In this document: positions 59,749 through 64,000 of the stretch, piece by piece
Layout of the letters: each line of letters starts with the position of its first letter
How positions within the stretch are numbered: position 1 is the stretch's first letter
Assembly (NCBI GenBank): GCA_937927515.1
Contig: CALBDO010000005.1
Coordinates: 71,665-135,664 of the forward strand
Direction: 5' to 3'
Origin: Candidatus Kapaibacterium sp.
Lineage (GTDB): Bacteria > Bacteroidota > Ignavibacteria > Kapaibacteriales > UBA2268
Length of the DNA: 64,000 bases
The notes under the pieces: generated by a model
Databases searched by the model: none
Told to the model about the DNA's origin: nothing
The model's input: the letters and a program-made list of their open reading frames with translations, nothing else
Program-made: the position numbers and the translations under genes

Positions 59749-61065
59749 TCAAAATACTCGTTCCCAAAAGGCTGAATTAAACTTAGGGTCTTTATATTTT
59801 AAAAATGTTTCTAAATTTTGGAATGATTTTCTAAACACAAAAGGCTTCATTCTGGCGTCTTTTGCTGGGTACAAAGCACCTCCGAATTCAACCACCATTT
59901 CGTCGGTTTTGTCCAAGACATTGAATAATGATTGGTTGATAGGAAAGTCTATTGCTACAGTTACCCCATCTCTTGGAAATGATAAGTAACCCGGAGGTTC
60001 AAAATTCCCAAATGTCTTCAAAACGGTTAGAAATGAACCTAAGTTGGCTTTTTTAAATTCATTGAATATCGAATGGAGAGTTCTTTTGGCATCTTCTCTT
60101 GGAATAACAAACTGGTATTGGAGAAACCCTTTTCTGCCGTAGAGATAATTCCAATTTCCAATTGCATCGAGAGGATAAAAAAAAGCATCATAGTGCACTA
60201 ACTTTGATTCTATTTTGTTGAATTGTTTTCCATAGTAAATGTAGTTGAAAACAGAGGTGGAAAATTTATTTATTAATGAGAAAGGTAGTGCAAAAGGAAT
60301 ACCCAGCAATGTTTCTTTATATCGCTGCTCAAACCCTGCGTCAATATGATTTGCTCTTTGGTAGATGCCTCGCACAGTGTTTTCACCTCCATTAGTTACA
60401 TCAACCCAAGCAACTGTGTATTCGTAATGTCTTTCTGAAGAAGTGTTTATTTCAAAAAACTCATCTAGTGAATTAAATTTCAAGTATTCCAAATTTAGAT
60501 ACTCACTTGGAATTTTTTTGAGAGCGATTTCAGCACTGAGAATTAATCCTGTTAAACCTAATCCGCCTATCGTGGCTTTGAAAAACTCGGTATGATTGTT
60601 ATTAGAGCAAAGAAGGACATCGCCATCTGAACGAAGTAATTCAAAATTTTTAACATAATGTCCAAAAGAGCCAGCATTGTGGTGATTTTTCCCGTGGACG
60701 TCATTTGCGATTGCTCCTCCGATGGTCACAAATTTTGTACCAGGTGTAACTGGTAAAAACCAACCGAAACGAACAATAAGTTTCAAAATTTTTGCAAGTG
60801 ATACTCCGCTTTCACATTTTAAAAGCCCTCTGTCTTTATCAAAAAAAATGAAATGATTCAATCCAGAGGTGTCGATTAAAGTGCCATTTTGAACCAAGCA
60901 AACATCACCATAACTTCTTCCTAATCCGAAAGGTAATACCTTTGAGTTGTCATAGAAGATGTCGGTTTCATTACGCCAATTAATTTTCCTTACCTGGCTT
61001 GCACTTAATTTTGGGTATAAACCCCAAGAATGATATTTTTTCATAATATTATCGCCGAAATCCAA
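59749..61065 (-). CDS. FAD-dependent oxidoreductase, DprE1-like (decaprenylphosphoryl-beta-D-ribose oxidase homologue)
   Basis: GLGRSYGD and [35 protein letters not shown] match the M. tuberculosis DprE1 segments GLGRSYGD and [45 protein letters not shown] is identical. Confidence 0.8.
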   Translation of the reverse strand: [438 protein letters not shown]

Positions 61066-62477
61066 ATGATTATCATTAAAACTAAAGTGAAAAGAAAAGT
61101 TGGATTTTTAAGAATAACGAGTATTGGGTCGTGGTCTATACTCTTGTTCTTTGCATAGTTCCATAGCATTGCCAGCCAAAACAGCAAAAGAAAAGCGTCG
61201 AACCAAAGTAGGGAGGGGGATTTATAAAGTGTGTTTACTTTTTCACTATTAATGTAGAGGATTAACACAATTATCGATGCAAATGCACTATTGATTCCAA
61301 GGATTTGAAAAAAGTTCGACGAATCGATATTGTATGGCCTACCATACATATTTTTTTCAGAGTTAGCGATTAAATTTAACTCCACATACCGCTTTAAAGT
61401 CGCCAATGACAAAAAGAAAAAGATAGAAAATGCAAGTAACCAGTTAGATACTGGTATTCCAGTTGCAAGACTACCAGCTATAATTCTTAACACGTAGAAT
61501 GTTGAAAGTAAAAAAATATCCGCTATAGGTATGCGTTTTGCAAAAAATGAATAAACAAAATTCAACAAGACATACATTATGCACGTAAGTGTGAATTCAT
61601 TACTGACTGAAAATGCAACCACAATACCTATCGTAAGTAATAAAAAACAAACGAAAAGACCAGTGTATGCTGAAGTCACTCCGCTTGGAATTGGTCTGTG
61701 TTTCTTTGAGGGATGATTTCTATCGTTTCTAATGTCAACAATATCATTAAAAATGTAGACGGAGGAAGCGACAAAAGAAAACGAAATAAAGGCTAAAATG
61801 GACTTACCAATAATGGAAATGTTGTTGAATTCGTGTGCCAATAATAATGGCAAGAAAATCAATAGGTTTTTTATCCATTGATGAACTCTGATTAGTCTGC
61901 TAAAGTCCTCAATTTTGGTTCGATAGTTTAGTAAGTTACCAGAGAAATTTTTTCGTTTCTGAAGAAGTAAATTGATAATTCTTGAATTGGAAACAAGTAT
62001 AGATTTTTTTGCAATTTTCCAAATTGGCAAGTCGGCTATGGAATCTCCAATGTAGATGAAGTTGCCTTTGCCAAATTTTCGCTCGAGAAATTTAGCTTTA
62101 TTTTTGCCTTTCAAATTAAAGTTGTAATCAGAACCATACACTTCGTCGAAAAGTTTCAAATGATTATTAATGTCTTGTGCTATTTTGATATTCGAGGCGG
62201 TAACAAGGACTAATCTTCTCCCTTTTTCCTTTTCTTGTTTCAAAAAGCTTAGCACTTCTTCACGATATGGTAATTCGCCATATTCTAATTGCACATTTTC
62301 GGATAATTTTTCTTTTAAGTATTGCTTGGATTTAAGGAGCCAAAAAGGGGTAAGAAAAATGGCAGTGGGTTTTTTTTTAAGATACAATACAATCTGCTCG
62401 ACAAGTATATCTGTTGATATCAAAGTGTAATCGAGGTCTACACAAATTATCTCTGCTTCTTTTTGGTTCATTTTCAC
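61041..62477 (-). CDS. Fusion of a HAD-superfamily phosphatase (N-terminal) and a UbiA-family polyprenyl-phosphate phosphoribosyltransferase (C-terminal; DPPR-synthase-like)
   Basis: HAD motif I DLDYTL and motif IV GDSIAD in residues 1-190. The UbiA part (HQWIKNLLIF; NDIVDIRNDRNHPSKKHRPIPSG; LRIIAGSLATGIPVSNWLL; LKRYVELNL) closely parallels M. tuberculosis Rv3806c (NDVLDVEADRLHPTKRFRPIASG, etc.). Overlaps the DprE1-like gene by 25 nt. Confidence 0.8.
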   Translation of the reverse strand: MKMNQKEAEIICVDLDYTLISTDILVEQIVLYLKKKPTAIFLTPFWLLKSKQYLKEKLSENVQLEYGELPYREEVLSFLKQEKEKGRRLVLVTASNIKIAQDINNHLKLFDEVYGSDYNFNLKGKNKAKFLERKFGKGNFIYIGDSIADLPIWKIAKKSILVSNSRIINLLLQKRKNFSGNLLNYRTKIEDFSRLIRVHQWIKNLLIFLPLLLAHEFNNISIIGKSILAFISFSFVASSVYIFNDIVDIRNDRNHPSKKHRPIPSGVTSAYTGLFVCFLLLTIGIVVAFSVSNEFTLTCIMYVLLNFVYSFFAKRIPIADIFLLSTFYVLRIIAGSLATGIPVSNWLLAFSIFFFLSLATLKRYVELNLIANSEKNMYGRPYNIDSSNFFQILGINSAFASIIVLILYINSEKVNTLYKSPSLLWFDAFLLLFWLAMLWNYAKNKSIDHDPILVILKNPTFLFTLVLMIIIWISAIIL

Positions 62478-62599
62478 GAAAAAAACAAAAATACGGAATT
62501 ATCGGATAATCAATACATTAATAGTTAGGGTTTGCATCGAGAATATGAGCTAAATTATTCCTTTGAATAAAGGCTGTAATTTAAAATTGAAATTGAATA

Positions 62600-64000
62600 T
62601 TAATATTTCATTATCTGCTCGATAGCGGAATAAACTTTTTGCTCTGTCACCAGCACGTAATTTTCATAATTGGGATGATAGGGGATGTGTGAGTCGTGCG
62701 AAGCAACTCGAATTATTGGAGCATCTAAATAATTAAAAGCAAATTGGGAAATTGTAGCAGCAATTTCGGCACCAAAACCATTTGTCCAAGTATCCTCATG
62801 AACTATCATCAGTCTATTTGTTTTTTGAACAGATTTTAACACCAAGTCCTTGTCCCAAGGAATAATTGTCCTCAAATCTATAATTTCAATAGAAACACCG
62901 GGGTTTTCATTTGTGTATTTTTTAGCGGCATTGAAAGAATCCTTTACACCCATTCCCCAAGTTACAATTGTAAGTTCGTTTCCTTGCTGAACAATTTTGC
63001 CTTTTCCAAATGGAAGCAAGAAATCTTTTCCTGGCTCAATATCAGATGAGAAGGGATGTCGATATAGACCTTTGTGTTCGCAAAAAATTACTGGGTCTTG
63101 CAATCGACAAGCAGTTTTGAGCAGGCCTTTTGCATCTGCTGCATTCGATGGATAAGCAATTAGAAGGCCAGGAATATGGGCGAAGATTGATTCAATGTTT
63201 TGTGAATGGTACAGACCACCGTGAATATACCCTCCGACGGCTACTCTTATCACGACTGGTGCAGAGAAATTACCATTGGAACGATACCGTAGAGTAGCGA
63301 TTTCGTTTTTGATTTGCATAAAAGCAGGCCAAATATAATCCCCAAATTGCATTTCCACAACGGGCTTGAAACCTCGCACTGCCAATCCAAGAGCTACACC
63401 CGCAATCGAGGCTTCTGCCAGAGGTGAATTGAAGACTCTTTGAGAACCAAACTTACTGGAAAGTCCTTTGGTTGCAGTAAAAACTCCCCCCTTGGGGTCG
63501 GCAATATCCTCGCCGAAAATTAACATTTTGGGATTGCGTTCCATTTCTTCATGCAAAGCGTGGTTGATAGCATCAACCATGACTATTTTCTCCCCCGTTC
63601 GGGGATAGTCAGTCGAATAAGGAAGGTTTCGAGTTTCCTCCGGAGCAAAAATGTGTTTTAAACTGTCTGTTGGAATTGGGTCTGGTTCGGAGAAGGCTTT
63701 ATCAGCCCAATAATCAATTTCTGAATTAGTTTGTTCTAAAATTTCATTCAATTCATCGTGTGTTGCAATGTTATTTTCAATCAAGTAGTTTTGGAGTTTT
63801 TTTATTGGGTCCTTTTGAAAAGCATAGCTTAGTTCTTCTTTCGACCTATACTTTCTGTGGTCATCGCTCGAGGAGTGGGGGAGTAGCCTTTCCACAAGTG
63901 CGTGGAGCAATACGGGTCCACAACCGCTCGTAGTGTAATCCAGTGCTTCCTTTGCAGCTAAGTAAGATTCAAAAAAGTTTGTCCCGTCAAATGTTTTGAT
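62600..64000 (-). CDS. 2-oxo-acid dehydrogenase E1 component, fused alpha/beta type; C-terminal part in window, 5' end beyond window
   Basis: The beta-subunit transketolase-like core (GEDIADPKGGVFTATKGL...; ...VVEMQFGDYIWPA...) is preceded by an alpha-subunit C-terminal region (LLPHSSSDD). The frame stays open from 63911 to the window end, so the track start at 63910 is internal. Confidence 0.8.
   Translation of the reverse strand: MKTFDGTNFFESYLAAKEALDYTTSGCGPVLLHALVERLLPHSSSDDHRKYRSKEELSYAFQKDPIKKLQNYLIENNIATHDELNEILEQTNSEIDYWADKAFSEPDPIPTDSLKHIFAPEETRNLPYSTDYPRTGEKIVMVDAINHALHEEMERNPKMLIFGEDIADPKGGVFTATKGLSSKFGSQRVFNSPLAEASIAGVALGLAVRGFKPVVEMQFGDYIWPAFMQIKNEIATLRYRSNGNFSAPVVIRVAVGGYIHGGLYHSQNIESIFAHIPGLLIAYPSNAADAKGLLKTACRLQDPVIFCEHKGLYRHPFSSDIEPGKDFLLPFGKGKIVQQGNELTIVTWGMGVKDSFNAAKKYTNENPGVSIEIIDLRTIIPWDKDLVLKSVQKTNRLMIVHEDTWTNGFGAEIAATISQFAFNYLDAPIIRVASHDSHIPYHPNYENYVLVTEQKVYSAIEQIMKY

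Noticed and set aside
1-64000. CRISPR arrays, IS elements, integrases, phage structural genes, restriction-modification or other recognisable defence systems
   Set aside because: No direct-repeat/spacer periodicity, no transposase or recombinase motifs, and no nuclease/helicase/methylase ORFs. Every ORF of 60 aa or more maps to a housekeeping or envelope gene or is antisense to one.

Overview
This 64 kb window is a low-GC chromosomal segment with dense, mostly operonic gene packing. I found no IS elements, integrases, phage genes or CRISPR arrays.

Likely source, inferred not verified: a low-GC member of the Fibrobacteres-Chlorobi-Bacteroidetes (FCB) group, possibly Ignavibacteria-like. The basis is that at least three secreted proteins end in type-A C-terminal sorting domains of the Bacteroidetes type IX secretion system (T9SS), while many genes have strong GGAGG Shine-Dalgarno sites.

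Housekeeping content, all confident:
- NAD and methionine: nadA, nadC, metH translationally coupled, followed by a glutaredoxin-like gene and an orphan groES.
- Other core genes: purE, mnmA, wecB plus a GalE-like epimerase, rpe-valS, grpE-dnaJ, dnaA, pyrF, ppk2, rsmD.
- Transport: a TonB-dependent receptor, an MFS transporter, a P-type ATPase.
- Five tRNAs: Glu-UUC, Phe-GAA, Ser-CGA, Leu-CAG.

The window's first gene is a large minus-strand gene (complement <1..2731, N-terminal signal peptide) that runs off the window start, so the ORF track misses it.

Most interesting uncharacterised modules:
1. A DprE1-like FAD oxidase next to a HAD-phosphatase::UbiA fusion. The UbiA half matches decaprenyl-phosphate phosphoribosyltransferase and the oxidase matches mycobacterial DprE1, suggesting a polyprenyl-phospho-pentose donor pathway.
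2. An ECF sigma factor, an anti-sigma factor whose C-terminal domain looks like an outer-membrane beta-barrel, a lipoprotein, and an 844-aa T9SS adhesin-like protein.
3. A four-gene operon: PSP1/RicT-like protein, ActD-like (DUF3341) membrane protein, ActE-like monoheme cytochrome c, and a 1215-aa secreted protein with two-component-regulator-propeller repeats and a T9SS tail. No other ACIII genes are present.
4. A Tyr/Pro/Trp-rich lipoprotein translationally coupled to a large outer-membrane beta-barrel.
5. A Zn-dependent phospholipase-C-like protein with a long unknown extension, next to a TPR plus tandem GT2 glycosyltransferase.

None of these is a recognisable defence or mobile system. All product calls are motif-level readings made without database searches.
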